Both the position numbers and the translations under genes were made by a program. DNA of 64,000 nucleotides from Mizuhopecten yessoensis (lineage: Eukaryota), in assembly GCF_002113885.1 (NCBI RefSeq), contig NW_018406970.1, forward strand, positions 809,960 through 873,959, in the 5' to 3' direction. This document shows positions 24,361-39,100 of this stretch, piece after piece; the first letter of the stretch is position 1, and each line of letters begins with the position of its first letter. The notes under the pieces are model-generated. The model had not been told where the DNA came from. It worked only from the letters and a program-made list of their open reading frames with translations, and made no database searches.

Positions 24361-27007
24361 AGGTGATAAATAAATACTATGAAAAAGTTTGTGTGGATGT
24401 GTGTGTGCATTTGTCATTAACATTATATATATAGACAGACTTTTGAAAATTAAACAATTACAAATAAAATTGTTTTAAATAGAAACCATCATCTGCAGCA
24501 CAGATAAAGAGGTTATTTATAACGGTATCCCTTACCTTGTGATAGGTCTCCATATAGTCAGAGGTAAACGTTGGTGGCCCTGTAAGTTTATAGCTCAACT
24601 CAAACATGTTTCCGATGCCCACGGTAACTAAAAGTAAAAAAGAAATTTACCTGGAAACCACTAAATGTATGGCAACTCAGATATGACTTTTACGCATTGC
24701 AAATTGCCTGATACCACTTTTATTAGAATTTCAACGAAAACTTACTTTTCAACAAGGACAGGGACTTTTCTGCATCTGTGTTGAGAGAGCGACTGATCAG
24801 GTCGCACATCTGTAAATGTCAAAAATACCTAACTTAGTATTGACATCATGGAATAATTGATATTCATGTAAGAATTGTCAATCTTTTCCTTATATCCAAC
24901 TGTTACCTCTTGTTCTGGCCACGTTGAAAATGCATTTACCTTTCCTCGAGGAAAACCAAATATACCCTGAAGTTTCTTGAAACAATTAGGTAATACACGT
25001 TAATATTTCTACTCTTAAGAAGTAGAACAGATCTCTAAGTGCGCTCTAAATATGTAGAATGATCTTACTACTGTTAACAGGCATCCATTTTTAAAATCAA
25101 GATTAACAAAATATAAAAAAATAAACAAATAAAGCATCACTCAAAGAATCAAAATCTTGTATGATGTTAGGCGTTCCCATTGTTTGAAAAACGTCTAAAG
25201 AATATGTTAACTAAAGCCAAAATGCAAATGAAATAATTATGATAATAAACTTTAATTATTGAGGATAAACTAATGGTGAGCCAAAGGCTAATCTTCCACA
25301 TGATTATCTTGCTAGTAAAATACATGTGCTAGTTAAAAGTTACGTATGTATTGATTTAATGGACATAATGATGTATATATAAAGTTATATAACAGTTTTC
25401 TTAGTTGAGAGTATCACAGAATGCATAAAGTATCATGCAAAGTTATTTCATCAATTAAATGGCATGTGCCTAATTTACATACATGCTAATATAGAAATAT
25501 GGAGAAAAAAAAGTGGAAAATTAAAATAAGTAAAATGCTCAATGTGTCTAAGTGAACTATTAATTCTCAAGAATTATTGACGTTCATTTTGTTTAAAGAA
25601 AACAAGGTTAAACTATCCGCAACCTTACCTTATCCTTGAGTAGGCTTTTAATCTTTTCTTCGAATTGCCCTTGGAATGCATTGTATGCCCATGCCCATTT
25701 GCCGTGGAACTTGATGGACACACCTCCTATATCACTTGTGCACGGTCCTGCGCTGATACTAGGGCGTTCAGTGATGTCCACTCCTTCCGGAAACACATTA
25801 TGCAAATCAGTCCCATAAGATTGATTGTCACTATAAGTACTTAATAAGAAGAATGTATAAGTAATATTGGTTTCGGTTTTGAATTTAGAGCAAGGGAAGT
25901 CAGTGAAGAAAGGTCCTTTTGATTTATAAAGTACCATGTATACATGTTTCTTTTATCGCTTAACTATTACATATATATAAATATATTATAAAACTTTTAA
26001 TCATGTGTTTGACCCGATATGACATAATGACAAACATATACATACTTATTAATACAGACCACTCGTATTGAACAATATTCTTTCTTTAGGAAATCAGTTT
26101 CCTTTCATCCCCAAAACAAGTTGTTTATTTTCAAGTTCTATAACATTGTCATTGTCTTTTAAGGCAATCGACAGTTTTTAATGTCGTTCATGCCTACATA
26201 CGACTATCTGACTTCTTGTGGCGCTGACATATCTATTACTTATACTTAAAAGGAGATAAATAAAATGCTACAGAACAGGTATAGGCCCGGGTTTCATACG
26301 TTGAGCTTGCCCTTAAAAATTACTGTTATGCTGGAAAACATCCCTATTAGCATTTCACTCAGAGTGACTTTGGATGACAAACATGAAAGACAACCTACCA
26401 AAATCGGCTTGTACACTGAAGTAAACTCCAGATACGGATATATCAAAGCTGCCATCATCCGAAAACTTAAGGCTGTGAATACAAATATTTAGTTAACATT
26501 ATATTGTAGGACACCTAAATATATTCTATAGAAAATCTATGAATTGCATTTAACGCTTTCATAATTTTGCTCATTATTTCAAACGCAAAAGGCGCTAACA
26601 TAAGATTACCGTTTTGAGTATTTGACGTGACAATCGATTTTCTGCTCTTTAACCTATGGAAATATTCTAAAGAGCGTGATTACCTTAGGGAAGATTCTAT
26701 AGACACCATAAATTATATATACTACATATATGTCGTAGTAAAAATCACCGAAGGAATATATCATTGCTGTCATAGCGATATGTTTAAACTAGAATGTCAG
26801 TAGCGTTGAAGCGTAATGACAAAATAAAAATATTACAAGTATGAATTCTAAAATATATAAGTACATACTAAATATAATAATGTCAAAAATTTATCATTGT
26901 TATTGATAAACTGATTCATTTTCGATTATAACATTGAAGTGTGTTTATCCCAATTTACGGTTTAATTACTGTATAATCAACAACCAAGCACATTATCAAG
27001 ATTCTAT

Positions 27008-27275
27008 GGTTGGGGATTGAACGCCCTCAAAACAACTAAGGTCATAAGGGCACGGGGGCCTACGAAGGGGGAAAGAGAAGTAACGACAAATCTCAAGTGT
27101 TGCAATGGGGGCAACATATCAATTTTGGTCTTTTCCATGTCCTCTTAGTAAAAGACACAGAAGAAAACCCCGAGTCTTTAGGCCCCCACATTAGTCGCCT
27201 GTTACAACACTGGATGCCTCCTACGACATGCAGAATGATAAACCGGGAAAACCCAGTCCTCGAACCTGCACAGGG
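27008..27275 (-). mobile_element. SINE fragment (3' part) in BPI intron 3
   Basis: The + strand shows AACGCCC..AACAACTAAGGTCATAAGG (reverse of a GACCTTAGCTGTT-type SINE tail) and GTCGCCT/CCTACGACATGC (reverse of a GCATGTCGTAAGAGGCGAC-like domain). A paralog is at about 45695-45955. Confidence 0.5.
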
Positions 27276-27700
27276 TCGCTCTAGTAAACACGAAGTCAAA
27301 ACGACGGATTGCAGATCGCATTTTAGGCATAAAAAGTATCACATACAAGTTTTTTCTTGAATGAGTACTCGAACCTTCCGCTCATGGCGAGGCCTATGTC
27401 TGAAGCTGACCATTTCAGCCCAATACCTGCTATGGGTTTAAGCGAGCTTGAGGATGGCGGCGAAAATTCGGTTATTTGGGCACTGTCAGAGGAAGAGACA
27501 TAAATTAACGTATTTAAATCAAGAGAGCAAGCCATAGTTTATACTCATCTGCATACTTGTATCGTTAATTGATCAAGTGTTAATTGTCTAAATGGTTTTA
27601 CTTAAATTGGATGTTTTGTGGGATTGTTGTAAGAGACGTTTAATCCGAAATAAAGCGATTATTACTTAACGTAAACGAAAATTATATTTCCTGGATTAAG

Positions 27701-28101
27701 TCACTGAAAACGAAATCCATTTAACATTCTGAACGAGGGGTGTATGTCTGCCCCGCTGATATGTCCCGTCACAACTCGTACACGTACGCAGACCTCATCG
27801 TCAGGGGTCGACATCGTGACAACTGATGCTGTGCCCATTATCCAATTTGTATCGTCTCCACCCAGAGCTGAACCACAACACACCGTTACGAACTTACTCC
27901 GTTCTCATTTACTGCCCAGCAGTATTTTGAATAGCAATGACAATTGTATACGCCAGCTTATACACAGGTAAATATGTCGATTGTTTAGCTGAAATGGGCA
28001 CTGATATGTTTGTCGATTTGCTCAAACGGAACGATACGCTCTGATGCTTGATCACCTACTGTATGCATGAAATGCAGTAAGGCTACTGTCGGCTGTGGAT
28101 A
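27701..28101 (-). pseudogene. Inverted gC1q-exon pseudogene (intron-3 homology continues to about 28687)
   Basis: Minus strand reads HTVGDQASERIVPFEQIDKHISAHFS* and GSALGGDDTNWIMGTASVVTMSTPDDEVCVRV..GHISGADIHPSFRMLNGFRFQ*, collinear with the intact exon 4 but with stops and frameshifts. Confidence 0.88.
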
Positions 28102-28704
28102 ATAAAAACATATCTCAAACGTATGGAAGAAAATTCCGACTACATAAAAAAGGCATTTACATATGAAACGGTAGAAGCCGGTCACGTGGCAGGGAATGAC
28201 TGCTACGGTACTCATCAAACGAGTATTGTGACAAAACATTGGCAGCTTACATATATTTTAATGTTCACAATAATATGGAGTTTGTTTTTACTTCGGGCAA
28301 TACAGCATTGTTTTCCTCACGGTAAGGCCAAATGTTGATTAAGAAAATGTAAACGTAAATATCGAACCTGGTTGTTGAATCTTGTACTGTAGAGAATTTC
28401 GCCAATCCACGGCCATCACGTTCAAAGGTAGATCCCTCGATGACAAGGACGTGGTATCTCTTGAGCTGAGTTTGGCGAAAATAGTATCAAACTTTGTTGC
28501 AAAGCAAGCAGCAGCACTACATATTTTACTCTCACTATTTCAATATAAATCCGATAATGTATATACGAAATACATCTGTTCGTTAAGCAGCCCGAGTAAG
28601 AACTAAACATGATCCATTTTAGACATAATTTATATACCCTGATTCACAACTTGCGTATTTACTCTACTAATGCAGTAAACGCATGCGTCACCTTTGATAA
28701 GCTG

Positions 28705-28906
28705 TTCATAATTGTGGATTTGATTCGTAACGAATGATGTGTTTGGGACAGCTCTGAGTTGATACAATTACTGTTGGACAACAAACGCAGTTTCAGTTCT
28801 CCCGATTTTGACCCCCGGTGATGAGACCTACGTTCGGATGGGAAAGGACCATACTAGTGACATCCAACCTATGTCTGCGATGTATAACCGATTCCGGATT
28901 CACTGA
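28705..28906 (+). pseudogene. Relic 3' half of a gC1q exon
   Basis: Paralog of 1685-1889: TTGATTCGTAAC...CCCGGTGATGAG...GGAAAGGACCAT...ATTCACTGA. Confidence 0.8.
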
Positions 28907-29347
28907 GCTAAAACAACAAAATAACATATTTGTTTCCTTGCCGCAATAGATAAACATGTATCTCAGGTAAGGCAAATGGTATCAATTTTACTGTAACAGG
29001 TGCTACGAAGGATACAGATAAAATATAGATTATTTTGTTTTGTTTTGTTGTTAAAGCAAGTTTTACACTTGCATGTTCGTCTTCATATGACCTTAGTTGT
29101 TGAAAGGCCGTTAAACCCCCAAAACAAACAAACAAACAAGCAATTTACACTTGTAGGTTAATTTATTTGATTCTAAATAATCGTATCTGCCTTACAATTT
29201 CGGTCCTTAATATGTGCTACAAGCCAAAAGACAATAAGACGAAAGTGAAGTCTGACCCAAAAAGTTCATTGTATCGTAAAGCATACTATGATAAACGACT
29301 TATATATTTTTATGTTACCTAACATTAAATTTAAAATTCATATATAT

Positions 29348-29688
29348 AATAATAATAATAATAATTTGAGGTTCTTATATACCGCCTTATTACAACCTGG
29401 GTCGTGTAAATGCGGTTCACAAATTATGATTCTGGTTATAGGGCCTTTGCAACCAGCCAATATCTTCCTGGGAAGCATACAGCCGGTGCTGCCATTAAGG
29501 TGCACACGGCTGTGTAGTATTCAACGATTCTAGCACTGCCCAAACACGTTCTCATTTACCGCTAAGTAAAAAGGAACACGCGTAGTAAATAATCTTGTTC
29601 GGGGATACAGCACATTGCCATGAATTCATTCGAATCCTCGACCCTTTAGTCACGAGCCCGGCATCCTACTACTTAACTACCGTGCCTC
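29348..29688 (-). mobile_element. tRNA-derived SINE (paralog of 2370-2681)
   Basis: Same element upstream of C1q copy 3, with an (AAT)n tail at 29348-29365. Confidence 0.75.
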
Positions 29689-29935
29689 TATATTAATCAA
29701 ATTTTCCTTTTACCTTCTATTTGCAGAACCTATTAGAAAAGAGAGAGGGTTTATGTTTGTATACATTTGAAAGTGTGTTTTGAGCATTTCTATATATCTT
29801 ATGTATACACACTTCGCCCTATTATCTCTTTTAAGGTCGTGTGCCGCTAACGCCTTATCTGACCTACAATGTACATGCCCCACTATAAATAAGCTGCGCA
29901 TTTGATCACACCTCATTACTGAAACTATTGTAAAC

Positions 29936-32350
29936 ATGTCATTGCTCTGTGTTCTGGCCATATGCAACCTTCTATTGGACGCGTCCTTTGCGGTAGCCAG
30001 TCCCTCAGTGACTGGTGATGGGACCTCCGATACAGAATTGCGTGAAATCAGACTTCTCCTTAACAAACATGGAGCGCAAATAGGTAATACAGGTGTATAC
30101 ATCGTGTTTGTCTGCTCCACATTTATGTTTACATTCTTGCTTTAAGCTAATGTTTTGAAGCTATCAGACATTTATTGTAGACATCATGCACTTGTTTAAT
30201 ACTTCCTAAATGAAGAAAACAAGTTGACAAAAATCGGCATAAAAATAAAAAGCTTGTGGGATAACCTTAATTCTGTAAGATATGTTATATTTACAGCAAA
30301 TTAATGTTATAGTAATACCTATGCGTAATATTCACTTGCACAGGCCACAAGCCTACAAATAGTGATAAACCCGATCTTTCCATTATCAGTAATGAGTACT
30401 TGTCAATCTACCTTCACAGAAACACTACAGAGGGAGAACGTACGACTTGAAGAGAAAACCATGACGCTTGAAAAGAAAATCATAGCCCTTGAAAAGAAAG
30501 CTATTACCCTTGAAGAGAAAATCATGACACTTGAAGAGAAAACACCGACATTTGAAGAACAACCTGAGCCGAAATCTGACCGTGTGAACAACACCAAACC
30601 AGGCCCAGACATACTCGGTATACCAGATGGTTCGGCAATATCTGACGGAAAGTCCCAATCAACAAAAAGAAACCCTGGTATGAAATTACATTGTTTCCTT
30701 AACTTTAAATATACCGTTAAATGCACGGCACATTTCAAAACGAAAAGCAAAAATAGAGGATAACGATATGAATTAGCATTGGTAAATGAAGTTCATAGGT
30801 CTTGATAAACAGTCCATGCTGTATTAAGAAATCCAATGTAGACTGTCTGTACAACACGTCTACCTGATCTGTTTTTAAATTCATATGGAGCTTACTTTTT
30901 ACATGGGCTTCTAAAGAAAGGAAATGTGATACTAGCCAATCCTTTCTTTTATATGTACTGATTTGCCCTTTAGAAGACAAGAAAAAATCAAGACCTACAC
31001 ACAGTCTTGATGTTGAAATTAAAGATTCTTTCATGTTATGATACCAATTCAGTATATGCCTGTATATCATCAGTTCGTGGTTACCGTGTATTCTCTTCCT
31101 TGACAATTCGATACCTTTTCTGATTACAGATGAAGCCGTTAAGACAGTAAACCCTCGTGTTGGTAAGCAATGTCTGTCTGCATTTATTTGTGTCAGTTTT
31201 TATGAAGTGATAACAATATCATGAAATTATATTTGTAAACGGGATTAGGTATTGTTTCTATGTAGGTAGTTTCGATACGATCACGACATCTAAAACAATG
31301 AAAAAAATATACCAATTACACGTTTTCTAGAACAAATATTTTTACTCATAAGCAAAGTGCCGTATGCGTTTACTGTATTAGAACTGTTAATACAAAGGTA
31401 GTGAATCATTATATCATGTTTCTTACAACAAACCATGTTCTGTTTTCAACGTACCATGTTTTGTCTTTACCTAGCCCGGGATTTGAGAAATATGTATGTT
31501 TGATTACATTTAAATCATATTGAAGAAGAAGAACATGTAAATGATGTTTCGCTGTAGCTTGATTTAACAAAGAATATTTTTGCTAAACCCTAGGCCCCAA
31601 CCCCAAAACGCCCCCGCCCCCGAAATATCACAACCCATATCACCGATCTTTGTTTGCCGAAACTTGGTTCTTATAAGAGTTAAGATCCAGGTTCTAAATG
31701 TTCGTTTTTAGTTTCTCACTTAATGGATGGACGCTTAGTTTCAATTAATAAGCTATTATATCGCCTGAATCAAAAACAAAATACCATTAACTTCTTTTCA
31801 CCACATTTTGACCACCATACTATTTAGCCATGTTGCGCGTAGTCATATTTTGATATGTGACAAACTACTGCAATAATATTTCTGCACATGTATTTTATGA
31901 ATAGGTTTCTTCATCTTTTATTTAAGGATATTATATTTCACAGATTCCACTACCGACAGCATTATTGCATTCCATGCCATTCTCGTACATACTGTAAGAG
32001 ATCCTGCTGCAGAACATATCGTTACGTTTGACCACATCATCACCAATATCGGAGCCCATTATAGATCTACAACCGGTGTTTTTACCTGTGTTGAAGTCGG
32101 CGTATACCAGTTTTCATGGATGGTCAAGGTTGAGAGCTCCCAGTGGATAACTACAGAGTTGGTACGTAACGGTGTGGTGTTTGGGACAGCCATGAGCGGA
32201 GACGACGCCTATTTTACAACGGGCGCATCATCAGCTATCACGATGCTGGCTCCCGGCGATCAGGTCTGGGTACGGGTGGGAAAGGACCATAGCGGTGTGG
32301 CAGACATCTACCCAACGTTTACAATGTTTAATGGGTTTCTGATTCACTGA
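29936..32350 (+). CDS. Secreted C1q domain-containing protein, copy 3, about 281 aa
   Basis: Exons 29936-30083, 30420-30677, 31130-31162, 31944-32350; phase-1 GT-AG introns, open frame. gC1q motifs TNIGAHYRSTTGVFTC, LAPGDQVWV, FNGFLIH*. Confidence 0.92.
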
Positions 32351-33159
32351 GTTGCTTAAAAAAAATAAAAAATAAACTGTTTACGTGTAGTTGTATAATT
32401 CTTTTAATTAAAAGAAGATACCTATAAGGCAAATATACAAAATATAAAAGTGTTCTGGCATGTCTATAACTTATAACTTATGATAGATCATTTCTTAAAA
32501 GAACCACATACATTTCGGAACTTTTTGAAAAATAAATGAGATGAAATTTACGAATATAATAAACAAGATTGCTCCGAATGTGAAAAAAATATTTGTGGGG
32601 CTAGACCAGGATCCGAACCCTGCATTTCCTATACTTTATATTGTTTTCACTATTTCTCTAACTGATTGAGTTAGCTGGTCAATAGAAGTGTCTTATCCCA
32701 ACTGTGCTAAAGATATATCCAAATGGAAGTTAAGGAGAGGTTACTGTTTATAGGTAAAACCACAGAGCAGTGGGACCAGGATATTTGAGTAAATAATTGT
32801 GTTCAAACTGGTTCTACGTAATTACAATCATTGTCTACGCCAAGACAATATGAAAAAGTATTCATTCCAGCTGTATACATATTATTTAATACAAAATGTA
32901 CAAAGTATCTTTATTAAGGTATCATGTTAATTTTACCAGATTTCTAAAATCTTCAATTTTGCTAGGTTTATCTTTCCATTTAATTTCTCTAAAGTAACAA
33001 AAACAAATGTCTTTCATTTTTTTCGTTTCGAGGTTTCCAGAATGTATTTTTTTAATTGAAGTATATTTCAAATTAATTTGATAAGAAATAAGAAATTTAT
33101 AAATACAACAAATTGATTATAAACATAAATTTATAATTAATAAATGGATATATAAGATA

Positions 33160-34137
33160 CAGTTGTTTGACCGCACAACGCACAAAAAAAGCGTGAGTAC
33201 ACTGTGCATACATCGTTAACACACCGTCCGCACATTGTCCACATATGGTGCGCACAACTGTGCGATTAACCAATCGTTCGCCCCGTTGTGCGCTTCTCTC
33301 CGCACAACTATGCGATTTGGTACAATTTTGTAATCAATATGACGGAATGAAAAATATACGGAAAACTTGTATACAATAATGTACACTGTATATATTACTG
33401 TAATATCTCATCACAATAATTTAGATTATGTACAATTCTACAATGCGTGTAACATAGTATAACAGCGACCGTTAGACTGTCAAGAATGGGTTTGACTCTA
33501 TGGCAACAGAACAGGTGAATAACAATTTGATGAGTGACCGGAGTTTTACCTGACCTGTGCCTGACGGGAAGAGCTGATATGTGATACCGTAAGACCGTTA
33601 TAAAAACACAACTGGACGTTAAGTATTTGTTATTTGCATTCGGTTTGACTTATAGTTCCACTTCACGTGGCTTTTCACACCCCGACGAGTTACGTAAGTG
33701 CCCCGGGCGAGGGAGGTACATGTACAAAGTGGCTATGTTTACCTGTATACGTGACTGTGTTGTTATTTTACATGTGTCGATTAAGGTCGTTTAAAAAACA
33801 CACCGCAAAACACAGTTTCTAAATTTGAGAAAGCTTATAGATGTAGCTAGAATATAGAAAAATACTTAAAAATCAGGTTTATATGTGTAAACACGAAACC
33901 GTATATATTGTTCAGCAATGCCTCAATTTAAACCCAACCACGATTGTTATCGCACAACGTTCGTCCATCGTGCGCAAAAATGTCCGCAAGCAATAATCGT
34001 CCTCTTTTTATCGTTTGCACATCGTGCACACAACGTTCACACACCGTGCGCACATCGTGCACACACCGCACATCGTGCAAATTCCGCACATCGTGCACAC
34101 ATCGCACATCGTGTAACGTTGAGCGATCCCACAACTG
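33160..34137. mobile_element. Non-autonomous TIR DNA transposon (paralog of 5908-7098, without the nested SINE)
   Basis: TA-CAGTTGTTTGACCGCACAACG ... CGTTGAGCGATCCCACAACTG-TA, with expanded subterminal GCACATCGTGCAC repeats at 34015-34112. Confidence 0.88.
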
Positions 34138-37100
34138 TAAATGAATTATGCATATATTTTATTTGATTAAAAGAACTTTAATTTGTCCTGTTGACTTCTT
34201 TATTTTAGTCCTCAAGAATGTTTTTGAATAAATGCGGTAGGGTTCTTATAAAATGTACATTTTGTCGTCAGTAAGTATTCACGATGATGTATTGATATGC
34301 AACGATTGATTGATTGACACGTTAAACGATTATTTTTCACCATAAACGACATACTACATAATATCGCATCACTGTTAATTTTGTGATTAATTAATAAACC
34401 GTGGAAATTACACACTATTTCATTCTGTGTCTTCATTCTACCATCAGGTCGACATCGGTTCAAAGTCAGACGGATACAACAACATACCGCCTTCAGCATG
34501 CATTTCACACATGTTCACATACATTTCTCATAGGGTCACGTGTTTAAATACTCTAAATTGGACTCTAAACCGAGTTTAACCAATCTTAACATAACAGAAA
34601 AAAATATCTTACCTATCTGATGATCGACAGTCGTCAATGAGTCACCAGCTCTTGGTAACTTTGCGTTTTCTTTGGATTATTCATAAGTTCTTACTTTGTC
34701 TGTTACTCTTTCCGGTCAGGAATGATACGATACCTCAGCAGTCATCTACTATCAAACGTTTCCATGAATAAAGTGTTCATTACGTATGCCATCAACGAGA
34801 GAAAAGCCAAGGTCGTCAAGGGACTATTAATAAATGATATACACAGTGTCTTGAAGCAGCAGATCGCATTTGATGAAGATGAGGCATGTTGTCTTGCTCG
34901 ACAGCCTGGATCAGTATGGAAAGAAAAATATGTTTCTTACTGAATCATCTGGCTTCCCGGAAAATGGGAACGAATGCACTAACAAACTGTTCCTCCGTGT
35001 GGCCTCTGTCGCCTTTCATCCTGCAGAACGGCGAAGGTCTCATAGAGTTGGAATGTATAGTCTCCATGGAAACTCCAAAAGTTCGAGTCGCCAAAGCAGC
35101 TTTAGTTCAGCTTGTGCTGTGGTATCAATACTTTACGAAAGTAAAGTTTCTTAGGTTTCGTTCTTTGTCACAAACCTTGTTTATGAAGGAAATGATTATG
35201 TCGTTTCAATTCTATCCACTTGGTTTAGCTAACATTTTGGATGGAATTAACGTAACGTGAAACAAACATCACGAATAATGACTAAGGTTATCAGGATAAA
35301 ACTGTAGAGCAAGGAATGTCAAATCCATAACAACAGGATCTGTGAGTGCAGCATATTTTACATTCACAAGAGGGTATGTGTTGTGATAGATCCAGAACAT
35401 TTTAGCATAAAGGTGATTGTTTATACTTATACTTGCCCTCTAACAAAGACTATCTATCACATAGTGGCTTTTTATCATATCTGTTTCCCTGACCCCGTAT
35501 TACTCCCACTGCAACGTAACACTCTCGTGTGAGATCCTAGATCATTTTGTATAACTACCCAACTTTCTGTGTTCTTCAATTCAACTCAATTTCGAATGTC
35601 AGAGGCTTAACATTATCAGACGATGCATGCTCATGTGTGCCATACATATTTTCCCAACAAAAACTTCCCTTTCTTTAAATTTTCCATCAGAGGGAACACC
35701 AAAAAGAATCTTCTCTAGCGAGAGGTTTGACGTGTAATAATAAAATGTTGACGTTGAAACAAGTAAAAATAACGACAACTAGAATGGCACAATTATAAGC
35801 AGCATCTACAACACATTGATTTTAATTCAAAGTACCAAAGATGAAACAAAGGGGTAAATTTATGCAAAATAAACCCGCACATAACGGTAAAACAAACCCC
35901 GCCCCGTAGCCACAGCGACGCAAAAAAGAAATTGTTCAGAAATCTTTTTTAAAACAGTAATGCAAATGTTACCATGACATGTCTCTAATGTATTGCAATA
36001 TAGGATTGTATTTGTAACAACTATACAAGGGTTTATACTTGATTTAATTAATCAGTAAAGGATATATTTTACGGTTTTTCTGTTCAGAAACTCTTAAACC
36101 GGAAATTGCAATTGCCATACAATGATATAATCATCCTCGTCGAGACATTCTTGCACAATTTTTGCACGTGCATTGACTGTTGCCATTGTATAGATAATAT
36201 CTTTATTTGGTTTCTTTTTATTCACCGTTCGAATGCCAGGTGTGTATAGACTACGTATAGATCCAAAAGTGCGTTGTTCACTACAATTATTGAATTTGCA
36301 GCCTTCATTTCATCAAAGCTTAAAACATATCTTGATGTGATATTTAATTTTTATAACAGTAAAACACATCGTTACTAAATTCCTTCCAAATAAAGTACCT
36401 TCATCGTGCCCATTGTATTTGATTTCCTGATTTACCTTACTCAAATTATTCTTATATTGTAACCGTTCCTAACACTAAGTAATGATTTCTTTAAAAGTGA
36501 AACATTTTGGGTGTGGAAATGTTAAGGTTTGGACTCTTTAAACTAACTGCAGTGATAATGTTTTTGTTTTGTTTTGCATTTGCAATGGTTTCGAAATCAA
36601 TATATTCTTTTTATTTTCATTTATATAATCTATAAATAAATATTCGCAGGTTGAAATTTTAGCAACAATTAACTCAACGCGAAAAACGCAAACCATCTAG
36701 CCCTGCAAAAGTAATCCACTTTTAGTACAACTACCTTTCATGGATGCAATAATGCCGTGATGTGTTTGTTCTAGTTCCATACCGACTTAATTTTCAGAAA
36801 CATTAATAATAACGTTAAATAGACCAGCTGAAATTCAATTACTCTCCTTGCATATTTGAGTGAAGCGTAAGTGGCGAATCGTTTATCTGATATACTTTAA
36901 TTGGTATCTAACTCAGTCTTTTGTACAGAACTGTTGCATTTTGCTGAGTCGATGGAATGTTTGTATTTCATTATAAAAAGATATCAATCTACACAAATGG
37001 CGTATAGCCTTCATAAACAAAACGCCAACTTCAAACAAAGGTTTGTTATGTTGTAAGTTACTAATAAATTAAAGTACAATTCAATATTGGAAACAGATAT

Positions 37101-38301
37101 TTATTTATTTATTTATTTCAAATTCAAGACCAAAGGGTCCACTAACAGAATGGATAACAAGAATAAAACACAAGTATAAAATATCACAGTCAGTTATGCA
37201 TTTAACACAGACTAAAATATACTCATATGTAAAACAAAAGGAATTAGTGATAGCAAATATTGTTAACCGTACTTTGAACTATGTGAGAGAGGAACAAAAT
37301 ATATCACAGTGTTAGATACTAAAAAACATAAAACACTACGGATGTTACAAGAACCCAATGGGTAAATAGTGACAAAACAGAATCACTATCTGATTAACAT
37401 CCGAACTATTTTTTGTAGTACATGGTAAATGCTGAGACACGAACACGCGTGAGTACTTAAGTATAGCAAAGAAATAGAGCAATATCAAAAACAAAATATT
37501 TTTTGTGCTTACGAAATTACATAATGTATCAAATGTTCATATGCACAAAATTTATAAAAGAAAAACATATGCAAATCAATTTAAAAGGTTGACTACACTT
37601 GAGTGGGAAAATGTGATATTTGTGAACATTGTATCGCTAGTTAAGACGTTCTACTTCAACATTTGTTCTTGCATGTCTTTGAAAGTGTCGGGTTCTGATG
37701 CCCAACACTTACAGATGTTTGTTTTCTGTGACCAAAAGGCATGGGCCCTTGTGTCCCGCGTGATGTCACAATTATTATTCCTTGTCGGGATGGTACACCA
37801 AGTCTGTCGCAATGACGAAAGCGTCCTGTAACACAAAGAAAATATCCGTAATCGTAGATATGTAGAGCACACACGATCTAAACACTGGCATACATATCTG
37901 AGACTCCAGGTACATATCCTGGATTTCACAGGGCAATACAAATCCCCTGCCGCCACAATCACCCTATCTCCTCCCGATCAGTTTTGAAGTCGACTTGGTT
38001 TGAATTTTGATACCGATACGTTTCGTGTGTTGTCGAATGTAATTCTTACATTTGTAAATACATGTATGCACTTTACGTATGAAAGTAGTGTATACAGTGT
38101 GCTATAGATGCATCGTACCTTAACCCTTGACCTTCTGATTTATGAAGCATAAACAAAAAAGTACCTCTGGTGGAAAAAAAGAGTGCATGATGAAAAAAAA
38201 TTAAGTTAGAGTTTATCTTTGTCCAAGGAAACTCTTGTGTTTGTTCGGAAACCAATTTCATATTTAAATTATTAATTATCTTGACCTATAAAATTATATT
38301 A

Positions 38302-38550
38302 NNNNNNNNNNNNNNNNNNNNNNNNNNNNNNNNNNNNNNNNNNNNNNNNNNNNNNNNNNNNNNNNNNNNNNNNNNNNNNNNNNNNNNNNNNNNNNNNNNN
38401 NNNNNNNNNNNNNNNNNNNNNNNNNNNNNNNNNNNNNNNNNNNNNNNNNNNNNNNNNNNNNNNNNNNNNNNNNNNNNNNNNNNNNNNNNNNNNNNNNNNN
38501 NNNNNNNNNNNNNNNNNNNNNNNNNNNNNNNNNNNNNNNNNNNNNNNNNN
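38302..38550. other. Assembly gap at the CAT microsatellite
   Basis: Run of N. Confidence 0.99.
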
Positions 38551-38751
38551 ATCGTCATCGTCATAACCATCAATACATATGTACGTCTTATCCTAACGTC
38601 TTTATTCAATAGCACTTTTATAAATTCAGCTACATATGATTTTGCCTTTATCAAAGTTTTATTTTAACTAGGGAAACACAAGCGACCAAAATAAATCTTT
38701 CTACTTATAACTATATTTTTTCCATGCGCTTTGCTTGGCAACACCTCACGT

Positions 38752-39100
38752 TTGGCTTTAATATTGAACTTCGCCTATGTAAGGCGGGCAATTAGTTCGG
38801 TTTCCAGGCCGGAGCATACCTTGCAGAACGTTCAGCATTTAGAGGAATGGCAACAACTAATTCACTAGTTGTCAGAAAAATGTGACCAGGCGGAATGCTG
38901 TGCTGGGTACCTTCGGCATGGTATTTCATTGGGAAAACACTATAAAGTCGGCATCGTATCGGAACTATCACAAGGAGGCAAATACACAAACATACCCTAC
39001 CTCCTGTGCGCGCGCACACACACAAGCACGCATACACATCACAAAGGAAGAACGTCGTTAAGTGACTTTAGCTGTTAATTGGTCTAATGCAAAATAAAAC
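38752..39100 (+). mobile_element. Degenerate SINE (near-identical to 22386-22735)
   Basis: Direct sequence match to the unit 2 copy. Confidence 0.6.

Larger units (their letters stand above)
21595..27482 (-). pseudogene. LBP/BPI-family pseudogene B (exons 3-7, 9, 10, 14, 15)
   Basis: Exons 27482-27347 (136 bp vs 132, frameshift), 26472-26399, 25783-25629, 24809-24746, 24627-24536, 24143-24069, 23718-23476 (TAG as second codon), 23063-22990, 21645-21595. Exons 1-2 and 11-13 are deleted; exon 8 would fall at the single N (24243). Confidence 0.87.

Noticed and set aside
33918-34166. Cys/His-rich repetitive ORFs (HRAH, CVHDVR)
   Set aside because: They are translations of the subterminal repeats of the TIR element.
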